Positions 50,329 through 62,225 of a stretch of DNA of 64,000 bases are shown piece after piece. A model generated the notes under the pieces. It did no database searches. It was given only the letters and a program-made list of their open reading frames with translations, and was not told the origin of the DNA. Numbering within the stretch: the stretch's first letter is position 1; every line of letters starts with the position of its first letter. The translations under genes were made by a program, and so were the position numbers. This DNA is from Fonticula alba ATCC 38817 (taxonomy: Eukaryota > Protista > Nucleariida): the NCBI GenBank assembly GCA_000388065.2, contig KB932205.1. The stretch is one strand, 5' to 3'.

Positions 50329-51832
50329 ATGTCCGGCGGCTCTGATCTTTTCAACACCTACGAGTCCGAGTATCACAATGTGATCAACAGCCTGCGTCGC
50401 CGCACCAGCTCGGACATCCCCAACTCCTCCGGCGGTGCGTGCATGCTGGCCTTTCGCCTCCCCCCCCCCCCCCCCTGCCTCGGCTGTTCCTCTCGGCCAC
50501 TGACACATGCCTGGCGTTTCCGGCTCTTCCTTTGCACTCCCCTTGCGCTGGTCTTCAACACCACACACACACATGCACATGCACGCATGCACGCATGCAC
50601 ACATGCACACATGCACACGCACGCATGCACACATGCACACGCACACACATACATACATAGAGAAGCGCAAGGAATTCATCAATGCCGCCAAGCGCGAGGT
50701 GGAGGAGGCCAAGGAGATTGTGCGTCATTGCCCCTTCGCTTCGCTGTCTGGCTCCCCTGTCGGTTGGACCCGCTTACTGATCCCGTTCCTGCCTTCCTCC
50801 GGGCCTCCCTTTGTGTGTATACGCTCGCAGCTTGAGCAAATGGACCTCGAGTGCCGTGACATGCCGGAGAAGGATCGTCACTCCCTGCAGCACCGTGTCC
50901 GTGCTTTTTGGAACGACCTCAACCGCCAGGAGAAGCGCCTGGTATGTTGCTCCGCCTCGAGTGGCTACCTTTGCTTCATTTATCCAAGATACCGACCCTG
51001 CCTTCTTGCCCCTCCCTCCTCCTTCTCACCCCATTCATCTTCCCCTTTTGTCTCCTGCTGGGGCGTGGGCTCTCGCGCGCGCGCGCGCGCGCGCACGCGG
51101 CTTGCCAATCACAGCACCAGGTCATTGCCGACAGCAATCGCGAGGCCGTCACTGCCGGCGCCTACACCTCCTCCAGCCATGACTCGGCCAACCAGCGTGA
51201 TCGCATTTTTGAGGCCAACCAGCGCCTGGATGCCGCCACCGACTCCCTGGATCGCTCCCTGCAGGTGGCCAACGAGTCCGGTGCGCAAAGCCACATCCTA
51301 CCTTTTCCACCGGCTCTACTCCCTTTCTCATCTCCATTCCATCTTCTCTCTCTCCTTCTTCCTCCTCCTCCTCCTCCTCCCCTTCCCTCTGGCGGGGGTG
51401 TCCATGCGTGCAGAGCAAATCGGTCAGTCGATCCTTTCCGATCTCCATCGCCAGCGCGACCAGATCAGCCACGCCCACACTACTCTTCACCAGGCCGATG
51501 AGAGCATCGACAGCGCCGCGGGCATCCTGCGCGGCATGCGCCGCCGGTTCGTTCCCTGATTCCTTCGCATCTGCTCTCCCTCCCTCTCTCTTCCTCCCTC
51601 CCCATCTCCTACTACTCACGTTTCCCGCTCACACTCCCTCCCCTCCTCTTCCCTCCTCCCCTCTTTCTTGCCCCTTTCTCCTTCTCCTCCGTCTGTTCCC
51701 CCCCTCCCTCTCCCCCCTCTTCTTGTCTATGTGTGTGTCCTTAGCATGATGACCAACAAGGCCATCACCACAATGATCATCATTGTTTTGATCGCCATCA
51801 TCGGCCTCATCATCTACCTGGCCATCCGCTGA
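50329..51832 (+). CDS. VTI1: Vti1-family Qb-SNARE, 6 exons
   Basis: Exons 50329-50434, 50661-50719, 50831-50941, 51121-51280, 51414-51546 and 51745-51832. They encode an Habc N-terminus (LFNTYESEY), the SNARE motif ESEQIGQSILSDLHRQRDQI and a C-terminal TM segment IIIVLIAIIGLIIYLAIR*. Confidence 0.93.
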
Positions 51833-52147
51833 TCAATCGGCACTCACGTGCCATGTACACTATAAATAACATTCTACCATCCAGAGCCATGTCCCAACCC
51901 TAGTCCCTTTTCTGGTGGGTGCGCGGTGCGCGAGGGGGGGGGGGCGTGTGTGGAGGAGCTGGAGAGAGGTGCCTGGCCTGGCGTGTGTCGATTCCTGTGC
52001 GCGTCCGCGCGGGGGAAGGCGCCCGGGCTACACGGTCGGAGGGGAGGCATGCTTCCCTTCCTGGGGCTGGGGGTCGTCTTCACTAGTGCCGCCGCACTGG
52101 CCACCCCCTGGTGCCCCCGTTAGGGCTGTCCACTGTGCTCTTCTGGA

Positions 52148-52181
52148 CTTCTCGCCCTTGGCACGCGGTGTTCTTCCCCCC
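52148..52181 (+). repeat. 34-bp dispersed repeat, copy 2, just upstream of the eIF2-beta ATG
   Basis: Exact match to 49557-49590. Confidence 0.85.
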
Positions 52182-52224
52182 CCCCCCCCCCCCCCCCCGG
52201 AGGACCGCACGCACGTACACGAGC

Positions 52225-53817
52225 ATGTCTGAAGAGGTGCCTACACAGAGGGACCCTCCCCTCGCGGAGGATGCGTCCTCCCAACAATCCAGTCTGCGTT
52301 CGTTTCCCCGTACCCAGTTGGTCCCCCCCCCCCCTCCTAATTCACCATGGAGAACGAGATTGTACTTGACCCTCCAACCTGTCCTCTCCTCCTACTTTCC
52401 TATGTGTGCCTTTGCTAACCGAGCCTTTTGCTTCCCCTCTCTGTCCCCCTTTCCGTCCCCTCTCTCCCCTTCTCTCCCTCTCTCCTCCTCTCTCCCTCTC
52501 TCCTCTTCTCTCCTCTTCTCTCCTCTTCTCTCCTCTTCTCTCCCCTTCTCTCCCCTTCTCTCCCCTTCTCTCCCCTTCTCTTCCCTTCTCTCCCCTTCTC
52601 TCGCCCCCTGTACGCCCGGGCCGCTCATCCAGATTGACGACTTCGCCTCGCTCGGCATCATCAAGAAGAAGAAGAAGTCTTCCAAGAAGGTCGACTTTGA
52701 CTTCGATGCCGCCGACGAGGAGGGCGCTTCCCCCGATGCCCCCACCACCGACGCCGCCGCCGAGGAGGACCCCTTCGACGGCCTGAAGAAGAAGAGCAAG
52801 AAGAAGAAGGTATGTTCTTCCCCCCCCCCTCCCCCGCTACTCGTGGCCTCTTCCTCTCCTCCCACGCTCGAAGGTCCTGGTTTTTAACATCTCCTCCTTT
52901 CCCCTCACTAAAGGTCATTGCTTTCGACGACGAGGACACCCCCGCCGAGGCCACCGAGGGTGGCGATGATGACCTTGGCGGTCTTGAGGTTTGTGCCCCC
53001 CTCCCCCTCCCTTCCGTCGCCTCCGGTGGTTCATTTGCCCTCCTACGGCTGCCATGTCTAACTCCCCGCCCTGCCCCCCCCCCTCCATCGCAATTGGATT
53101 GTCCCACCGCACACGCAGGTCAAGAAGAAGAAGCGCAGCAGCAAGAAGAGCCTCGAGACCTTCGAGCAGGCCCTCATGGAGTCCGACGCGCCGAAGAAGT
53201 CCTCCCGCTCCAGCAAGTTCAACTTCGACTTCGACGACGAGGCCGGTGGCGACGACATGTTCAACCAGGCCGGCGACTCGGACGACTTCCAGATGGATGC
53301 CGATGTTGATACCAGCGGCGACCCGATGGCCGTCTACCAGGGCAACGACACCCCCTACGCTTATGGGGACCTGCTGCAGCGCGCCTTCCGCCTGATCCGC
53401 GAGGCCAACCCCGAGCACGGTGGCGACCGCAAGCGCTACACCATGATCCCGCCGCAGGTCAACCGCGATGGCGCCAAGAAGACCATCTTCGCCAACCTGA
53501 TCGAGATCTGCCGCCGCATGCGCCGCACCAACGAGCACGTCACCAACTTCCTGCTTGCCGAGCTCGGTACTTCCGGCTCGGTGGATGGCGCTGGTCGCCT
53601 CATCATCCGTGGTCGGTTCTCCCCCAAGCAGATCGAGAGCGTCCTCCGTCACTACATCATGGAGTACGTCACCTGCAAGATCTGCAAGTCCCGCGACACC
53701 CAGCTGTCCAAGGACAACCGCCTGCAGTTCATCCAGTGTGATGCCTGTAACTCCCGCCGGTCGGTGGCCACCATCAAGACCGGTTTCTCCGCTCAGGTCG
53801 GCCGCCGTCGTCGGTAA
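52225..53817 (+). CDS. EIF2S2: Translation initiation factor 2 subunit beta, 4 exons
   Basis: Exons 52225-52236, 52633-52809, 52914-52988 and 53119-53817. Three lysine boxes ([18 protein letters not shown]), [31 protein letters not shown] and the zinc finger YVTCKICKS...CDAC. Confidence 0.97.
52456..52602 (+). repeat. 147-nt pure polypyrimidine tract with 10-bp units (CTCTCCTCTT / CTCTCCCCTT) in eIF2-beta intron 1
   Basis: Only C and T between 52456 and 52602. Confidence 0.9.
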
Positions 53818-53973
53818 GCGGTCGACCTCCGGGCTCAGCGCCGGTGACGATCATGACGGTGGCGCTGGTGCGGCTGTGGCGGCGGCCGGTGGTGGTAACT
53901 GGCTTGCCTCGTCCGCGGAGGCCGGGTGTCTCCTGGCCTCTGTTGTTGCCACCCTACTCCGGGGCGCACTCAC

Positions 53974-53974
<1 letters not shown>

Positions 53975-54010
<36 letters not shown>
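53975..54010. repeat. (GCT)12 trinucleotide repeat downstream of eIF2-beta
   Basis: Directly visible. Confidence 0.9.
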
Positions 54011-54014
<4 letters not shown>

Positions 54015-54850
54015 CCACCCCCACCTCCAGGTGTCTCCACTTGGCCCCCCCCGCCGGTTCCCGCCTTCGCAATGCCCCCTCCTCCGACACAGACGCCCAC
54101 GCTGGCCGACCTGTCGATCCCGATCTCGGTCCTGGTTCGCCGTGCGTCCTGCCGTTTCCCCGACTGGACGTCCGTCGGCTTCGCCATCGCCGGTTGCGGC
54201 GCCTTCTAGGCAATGCAGCTGGTGGCGGTCCTGGCGGTGCAGCCACCAGTTCCGATGGCCCGGCCCAACTTGCCTTCTCGTCCCGTCATCCGGGGCCCGC
54301 TTTCTTGTGCGGCTTGCAGCCGCGTCCGCTTCTCCGGTGGTGGTCCTCCCTGGCTCCTGTCCGGTTGCGGCCGATGCCCAGCGGCGGTGTCCTCCATGCC
54401 GTTGTCTAGTGGTGTGCAGTCCATCCCGCGGTGGGCGCATTGCTGCGCAAATACATAGAAAGTGGCGAGAGCCACAGAAACACACAAACACCCTCCTTTC
54501 GTGTGAGCCACAGCGCCGGATTCCCTTTTTTTTTGGTCTACGCGCGCACTCATCTCTTGCTGCCTGCGCGTGTGTGCGTGTGTGTGCGTGTGTGCGTGTG
54601 TGCGTGTGTGCGTGTGTGTGCATGTGTGCGTGTGTGTGGTCTATGTGATATTGGTTTTTCTGGGAAGCATCCCCCCATGCCACAGAGGGACAGAGATAGG
54701 GGAGGGGCTCTTCCAGTGCGTCTTCCTGGACAATGAGAGAGGCACAGAGCAGGGGAGAGCAAGAGTAGGGAGCACAGGAAGAGGGGGCACGGGGGAGGAG
54801 AGAGGGGAGGAGAGACGAGCGGAGATTTCGCCGCCCCTTTGCTCGGCCTC

Positions 54851-57548
54851 TCAGAGGCGGGACCGCTTGCCGGCCGGGCCCTTGCCGGAGCCGGCCTTGC
54901 GCTTCAGGCGTTCCACCATGCTGGAGATGTCCACGGTGTCCTGGGACAGGCTGTCCGAGGTGCCGGTCGAGGTGGAGGAGGAGGAGGAGGCAGAGGTGGC
55001 GGCGGCGGCAGCGGCGGCGCCCTTGCTGGCGGCACGGGCCTGGTCCTCCTGGGCCTCGCGCTTGCGAATGCGACTCTGGCGCTCGGCAATAAGGGCATCC
55101 ATGGCCGAGGTGCGCTTGAAGTGCGGCGAGGAGGGATCGATGGCGAACTTGTGCGAGTCGAACATGGACGTGAAGCGATCATCCTTGGGGTTGAACTTGA
55201 AGGCGTCCTCGCCGGCCTCGGCCGACTGGACCTCCTCCACCCGGGCCCGGTCCTTGGAGCTGAGCTTCTTGCGCCCGGCCAGGCGCTCAGCGCGGTGGAT
55301 CTCCCGCAAGTCGAAGTGCTTCTGCTTGCTGATGGTCCCGTCGCCGACCATCATGAGAGCCAGCTCGTCGGCCTCGCGCTGCTTGGCCTCCTGCTTGGCA
55401 CGGCGCTGCTCCGCGCGCGAGGACCCGGCGGTGGGCTCCTGCACCGCCAGGAAGGGGTCGGCTTGCTTGGCCATGTCGGCCGCGGCCTCGGTCTGCTTGT
55501 CATCACCAGCAGCAGCGGCATCATCGAAGAAGCCACCGCCCAGAGACCCGAAGGCACTCTTCTTCTTCTTCTGCTTGAGCTTAAGCTGGAGCTGGAGGGC
55601 GGCCTCGGCAGCGGCCTCGGGGTCCTCGGCATCGGACCCGGCATCCTCCGAGTCGGACCCGGCGCTGGCACCCTGGCGAAGAAGCTTGCGACGCTCCTTG
55701 CGCTTCTCCTTGCGCCGGTCGAGGTAGGCCTCCCACACGGTTTTGTCGGCATTTTGCTGTGATTCGAGGCGGAGGGGGGGGGGGGGGGGAAGGGAGAAAA
55801 GGGTAAGTGGGCCAGCGGACAAAGATATCGCGCCGAGCGCGCTTGTGCACGGGAGTGTGTGGCGTACATTCTTCTTCTTACGCTCCTTGACAAGGCGATC
55901 AACCTTGTCATCAAGTTCGGTGTTAAACGTGATCTCCATCTCCTGGTCGGGATTGTTCTTTGATGGTGCGGGTGCGCAGTGCAAGGGTGGTGTGTGTGTG
56001 GAGGGGGGGGGGGGGGGGAGGGGAGGGGAAGGGGGCAAGCGAAAAAGAAAGCAGCAGAAGGTGCAGCAGGGGACACGGCGACCAAGGTCAGTGGCACGCA
56101 TGAGGAGGTGGGACAAACTTCGGGGAGGGAAAGGGCAAGGGCAGGGAGGGAAAAGAAAAAAAAAAGAAGAAAGGCGCGCACCTCCAGAGAGATCTCCTTC
56201 AGCAGGGAGGAATACTTCTTGCGCTGGCTCTTGTCAATGATCTCGTCATTCTCGTCGTCGGCCATGTCAATCGACCGCGAGGGGGCCTTCTCGCCAGGCT
56301 GCTCGTCATCACTGCTGTCGTCCGAATCGGACGCCAGATATGCCGAGATGTCGATGTCATCGAGGTCCTTCTGTGGAAATGCCACGGGCAGGGGGTGTTT
56401 GTGTCAGCGGGCTGTCTCTTGTGTCGGGGCGGGGTGCAACATGCGGATGCATGCGATGGGGCCCCGGGCCCGGCCCTGCGTCCGCCCGCTTCGTTCTTTT
56501 TTTTTTTTTCCCCTTTCCCGGCCCCTCACACGACAGGCGCCTGGCGCACGCACCTCATCCAGCCGGCGACGCAGGACAGCCTTCTTGGAGTGGTCATCCT
56601 CATCCCAGGTGAGGCGGACCGTCGAGTGGCTCAGAGCATTGGTGTGGAAGGTGGTCGGCATGTAGTTGCTGGGCAGAGAGTCGGCAAAGTCGCTGCAGGG
56701 AGAAGGGCCACAGAGTGGGCGTCAGTCCAGGGGCCGGGGAGGTGGCAGGAGACAGGCGCCGCATGCAGGAGGAAAGGAAAGGGCCCGAGGCCGGGGCAGG
56801 CGGCCGGGGCGGGGAGGAGGGAGGGGGAAAACGCACTGGGGCTCATCCTCGAAGTCCATGTCATCCGGGATGTAGCGCAGGTCCACCAGGTTGCCGGAGT
56901 CCTCGAACTCGATGTCATTGCACCCGGCGAAGACCTCCATGGCGGTGCGCACGCTGTCGCACTCGACCACGGCGTAGTAGTAGCGCAGGCGCTCCAGCTG
57001 GTACTTGATCAGGCGCGGATCGGCCACCTGGCCCTCCTCGCCGGTGTCCAGGTCGCGCGCGTGCAGGTGGTGCTTCCGCTGGGCCAGGGTTTCCAGCATG
57101 CGCTCATGCTCCAGATCTTCCTGGGTCAGGCCGAGCTCCTCGGCCTCACGGAGCTCCTTCTCATCGATGTTCGGACTGGTGAAGAGCTCGCGCGGCGGGC
57201 CGTACTGGGCCTCATAGGCCAGACGCTCTTTGCCGAACTCCGAGGGGAAGATGGTCACCGAGATGATCGACCCGCCGGTTGGCACGAACGACTGGAAGAG
57301 CTTCAGGAGATGGACGGCCTGCGAAGGACGCCGTCAGTGGCCAAGGGGGGGGGGAGGCAAAAAAAAAAAGAAGCAAACACAACAAAACAAACCCTTGCAT
57401 GCGCGAAGGGGGAGCCGAAGTGGGCCAAGTACCTTGATCTTGTCCCAGTCCATGTTGACGCAGGCAAAGCGCCGAGTGGCATCACCAATCGGGACATCGA
57501 CACGATCCTACGGGCGCATGTGCGTGGAGAGGAGTCAGCCATACTTCA

Positions 57549-57601
<53 letters not shown>

Positions 57602-57692
57602 GGAGGGGGAGGAGGGAGTGAGATGGGGGGGGGAGGGACGGACGCAGAGCGGGGGGGAGAGGGGGAGGGACGGGGGGGGGAGGGAGTGGGCT

Positions 57693-57764
<72 letters not shown>

Positions 57765-58482
57765 GTGGGGTGGGTGCATGAAGGGGGATTGGGGGGGGGG
57801 GAGGGGGAGGAGGGCGGAAGGTGCGGCCAGCGGCCGAAGGACCCCAAGGAGGGGACGCACCAAAACCACAGCGGCGTCGAGCTCCTCCTCATCAGCGTCG
57901 GCATCGGTACCCTCAGCATCGGAGTCGTCTGCCTCGCCGGCGTCCTCCTCATCGGAGGACTCCACCGTGACCAGACCACGGGCCAGATCATAGCCGGACA
58001 CCTTGGGCCGACTCGGGGCAGGGGTGTCCTCATCGGATGAGGCGGCATCAGCCTGCTTATTGCCGGCCTGCTCGTCCTCCTCCGCCTCGGCCTCACTGTC
58101 GGAGGCCTGGTCGCTGGAGTTGGCGTCGGATGCCTCCTTGTCCAGCTCGTAGAACCGATGGAGGTCGCTGACGGCGCGCTTCTTCTTGGACTCCGCCACG
58201 GGGCGTCCATAGCGATCGACCGAGGCTGTGCGGAGGAAGAACCGGGAGAGGGGGATGTGTGCGTGTGTGTGTGTGTGAGGGAAGGAGGGAACAGTGGGGC
58301 AATCTGGGCGGAGCGCCGAGCGGGGACATCCGCCATGCAGATGACGTACCGATGGTGGCGAAGCGGTCGTCCTCGAACATGCCCTTGAAGCGGGAATCAA
58401 CCTGAATCTTGGTCACCTTGCGAGGGGCCTTGCGAAACCGGAGATCGGTCGCGGCCTTGGAAAAGCGCTGATCATCAGACAT
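54851..58482 (-). CDS. ESF1: Pre-rRNA processing protein ESF1 (NUC153 domain), multi-exon
   Basis: DQRFSKAATDLRF...VDSRFKGMFEDDRF, VDRYGR, YDLARG, TRRFACVNMDWDKIK, SVTIFPSEFGKERL, KYQLERLRYYYAVVECDS, EFEDSGNLVDLRYIPDDMDF, EMEITF, WEAYL and the NUC153 motif DDRFTSMFDSHKFAIDPSSPHFKRT. Confidence 0.95.
57550..57763 (+). repeat. Long poly-G homopolymers (about 51 and 71 nt; poly-C on the ESF1 sense strand) in an ESF1 intron
   Basis: G runs at 57550-57600 and 57693-57763. Confidence 0.9.
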
Positions 58483-60047
58483 GGCGACGGCGGCGGCGGC
58501 GGCGGCTGCTGCTGGTGCCCACGGGTGGTGTTGGCGGCTGTTGTTGAGGGATGCGCGGAGGGGAGAAAGGAAAGAAGAAAGAAAAGAGGGGAGTGTGTCT
58601 GTGCGCGAGAACGAGGGAGGTGGGGGTGGGGGTGGGGGTAGGGGGAGAGATGGAGAGAGCATGCAGGAGACACCTGGTGGAGAGCCGGAGATGGAACCTT
58701 CTTTTTCTTTTCTTTTTTTTCTTTTTCTCACCCCCTTCCCTCCTCGAGCCTTGTGCCGGGCTTTCCCGGTGTGGATTGGTGGGCATGCGCGCCGTAAACA
58801 CGCATGGGCCGATCGGGGGTGCGGGGGTGCGGTTGGGGAGGGGGGGGGGGGGGGGGAACGGGGGGCACACAACCTGCCGGGCGGTCGGGGCGAAGGCGAG
58901 GTAGGCCCTGAGGGGGCTCTTACTCCTGCTCGACGAAGGAGGGGAGGACCTCCTGGAGGGTGCGCTGTGTCGGCGGGGAGGGGGTGGTCCCCGATGGGGG
59001 GGGGGGGGGGGGGATGAACAGGGGGGGGCTGTGGCCGACCGAGGACGCTGGGCGGGGGGCTAACAGCCCGAGGGGGATTTCCTCGGGGGAGATCCCCTCT
59101 CGAGGGCCATGATGGCCGGGATTCGTGGGCAGACGCATTCATGGGCACATGCCGCCGATGCGCCCAAGGAGGGCGTGATCCCGGGGATATCACGCCTCCG
59201 GGTGAACCCACCTTCGGGGCGGGGAGTCCTCGGTGCCCTGCCAGGAGCTGTGACCCGGGATTGCCTGGGCGTGGCTTTGTGCGTGGCAAAGTTGTTGGTG
59301 TTGTTGTTGTTCCGGGGGGGGGGGGGGATGTTTCCATTCAGAAGGATGATATGTGCTTTTGCTCATTTTCGCCTCGCACGACATCCCCTGCTGGGTGTAT
59401 TTTCTTGCGAGAGTGTGCAGGCATCCCGTGGCGGGACGGCGGGGAGGGGGGGGGGGCCTAGCCGGAGGAAGAGGCGACTCTGGCGTGTGCCCCGCACGGC
59501 CCCCGATAGGGGCAGAGGGGTCTGGCCCCGGGTAGCCAGAGGCCGTGGGAATACATCAGCGAGAGAGACGGGCGGGCCGGTGCGCGGCCGGTGCCCTCGA
59601 TGGTGTGCCCGCTCCGGGGTGCCGGCTCATCCGGCGGGGGCGAGGGGCGGTGGTCCGGTGGAGTGCCCCATATTGTAACTGGGCATTCATCGGAGTGGCC
59701 GGGAGTGGAATGTCATTCTCCATATGAGGTCCGGCCTGCCGCGTCCCCTAGATCTCCGGGCGTGTTGGTGCCATAGAGGGGGCGGCTGTGTCGGGGGGCG
59801 GGGGGCGGCGGAGGGTATCGGTGTTCGGCACGCGGGGAGGGGGGCGGCATAGCACCCGGCTATCTGTCTTTCGCCCCTACCCTTAAGCCTGCCCAGCACC
59901 CCTCATCCACCGGGGGGGCTGCTCCTCTGCCGAGAGGGGTCCCCGCCCATCGAGGATGCCCATGTTCGGGCCCTTGCGTGCAGGGCATGTGTCGGGAGGC
60001 CGGCTCCGGGGGGGGGGCGAGGCTCGACCGCGTGCGGGAGAGGGGGG

Positions 60048-60048
<1 letters not shown>

Positions 60049-60099
<51 letters not shown>

Positions 60100-60102
60100 C
60101 GG

Positions 60103-60141
<39 letters not shown>
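60049..60141 (+). repeat. Intergenic poly-G homopolymers (about 51 and 37 nt)
   Basis: G runs at 60049-60099 and 60105-60141. Confidence 0.9.
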
Positions 60142-60143
<2 letters not shown>

Positions 60144-61303
60144 CGCGCCAGTCTCTGTGGGCTGGCAGTTAGCCTGCCGCGAAGTGCGGGCAAAGGGGCC
60201 AGAGCTTGGCAGGGTCTGGCCGTGGTGCGGAGAAGGGCGCGGGGGCAGCGAGTGGGGGAGCCTCTTGCCCAGGGCGCGCCCCCTGCCGGGGGCCGAGAGG
60301 GCTGCCGGCGCGCTCGACCCCCCGGGGCTGCTTGCGCACGAGAGGATTCACCCAGGCCTACGCTCGTTGGCTGCCGGTCCTTACTTGGACTTGCTGCGGC
60401 GGGCGGGGGCCGGCAGCGGGAGGAAGGGGCGAGGGCGGGGGGAGCCACCGGGCCCCGCGCGCTCATTAACTGCTGCTGTCTTGCCTGATGCCGGCTGCTG
60501 GCTTGCCACAACTGGACCAAAAGTTCCGGCCACCGCGAGCACGGCCATGTGAAACCCCGCAATCGTCAACATTCGCAGGGCGGGGGGGGGGGGGGGCGGG
60601 AGCTGGCGCGGGGACCGGAAGACCAGAGAGAAAGAGAGAGAGTCCTGCCGTGGGGCGGCGGCGTGGATGTCGCCAGTCTGCCCTGCTGGTGTCTCGTGCA
60701 GCGCACACAGTAGGCTCTAGTAATAGGGGAAGCCCGCGCCCCTCCGGGCGGAAACCCCTGGGGGAGGGGGAGGGGTGCTCGCCAAGAAGGTTGGCACCCA
60801 CCAAGGCTTTTCCCTGGCGAGCGGACACAGGCACGCCGTCTTCCGCGCGTCGGGCCCTTTCCTTGGAGGAGCCGGGCGCCGAGGCTGGGAGCCCCCGAGA
60901 GGAGAGGCATGGTTTTCCTGTCCCCCACACCGCCTAGCGGGGGGGGGGGGGGGGGGGGGGCGCCGGTGAGAGGGCGCGCGCCATGTTCAGTGACACACCC
61001 GCGGCAACCTTCGCCCGTTGGCATCATAGGGGGTATTTGTTTTTCCCCCCCTTGGAGGGGACAGGCCGACAGAAATAAGCTGGAGCCGAGAAAGGCCCCC
61101 CTGCCGGAAGCCCTCGAGGCACGGCGGGGCCCGGGGGGGGGGGGGGGGGTGAGGTGCCCCTGATGACAGTCTGCCCGAGCTCGAGGTCCGATGTCCGAAC
61201 GATTGTCGCGGCTCCGGGCCTCTGTGCCGACGCCGGGGTGCCATGGCTTCCGGTCCGCGGGCGAGCCCGGACGCGTGTGGTGGCCAGGGGCGCATGCGCG
61301 TCT

Positions 61304-61341
<38 letters not shown>

Positions 61342-62194
61342 TTCTCACCCGATCTTCTCACGCTCGGGCATCCGCCTCGTTTCGCGGCCTCCCCTCGCGC
61401 CGCTCGCCCCTTCTTTAACTACCCTCCCGTACGCTTGCACATCTTGGGCCATGTGCGTGTGTGTGGGTGTGTATGTGTGTGCGTACGCGCGGGCCGCCCG
61501 CCGTGGGTGACCAGCCATCGCAAAGGCGCTCCAAACGCCGCGGCGATTTGGGCATATCGAAATGCTTGGGCTCAGGCGCATGGCAGGGCTGTTGTGCCTT
61601 TCTGAGAACCACCCACATTCGGCCAAGGGTGTCTCTGACCAGGCTTGCCGTGCTCTGCTTACCTGAAGGGTGGCTGGATTTTCTGGGGCGCATTCGCTGG
61701 TGAATGCCTTTGGCCCCCCCCTCCCCCCCCCTCGCCCCTCCCGGTCCCCGCCCTCGGTGCTCCCGGTGCCCGTCGAGCTAGCCCCTAGGTCGGGAGGAAC
61801 GCACCGGGGCCGAGCGTAGGCCGGCTTGGCCTCCGAACGGACGGGAAAAGGAGGCTCCCGTGCGTCTGCGCGTGTGTGTATTTTCCTGGAGCATGGGCAC
61901 CATCCGGCTGACGATCCCCCCCCCCCCCCCCGCCCCCCCCGCCGTCGCCGCCCCTCACCCCGCTGGCCCTGCCGCCTCGACCGTCCTGACCCCCGCAGGT
62001 GGCGAGAGGTGTGCACGCAAGGTACCCTCTCGATGGAGGATAGGCGGGTGCTATGCCGTGTGGGGACAGCGGCACCCTGGCGCTCGTCCAGCGTGGGCAT
62101 CCTGTCAGATGAAGGGACATGCCCGGGGGTGGGTGCGGGGGGGGGGGGGGATGGTTCACTCTGTTGTGTGTTGGGCACCGACCGCCCCATGGTG

Positions 62195-62225
<31 letters not shown>

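Noticed and set aside
61655-61670. CTTACCTG resembling the U1 snRNA 5' end
   Set aside because: No ATA start, stem-loops or Sm site downstream; better read as a minus-strand donor-like motif.
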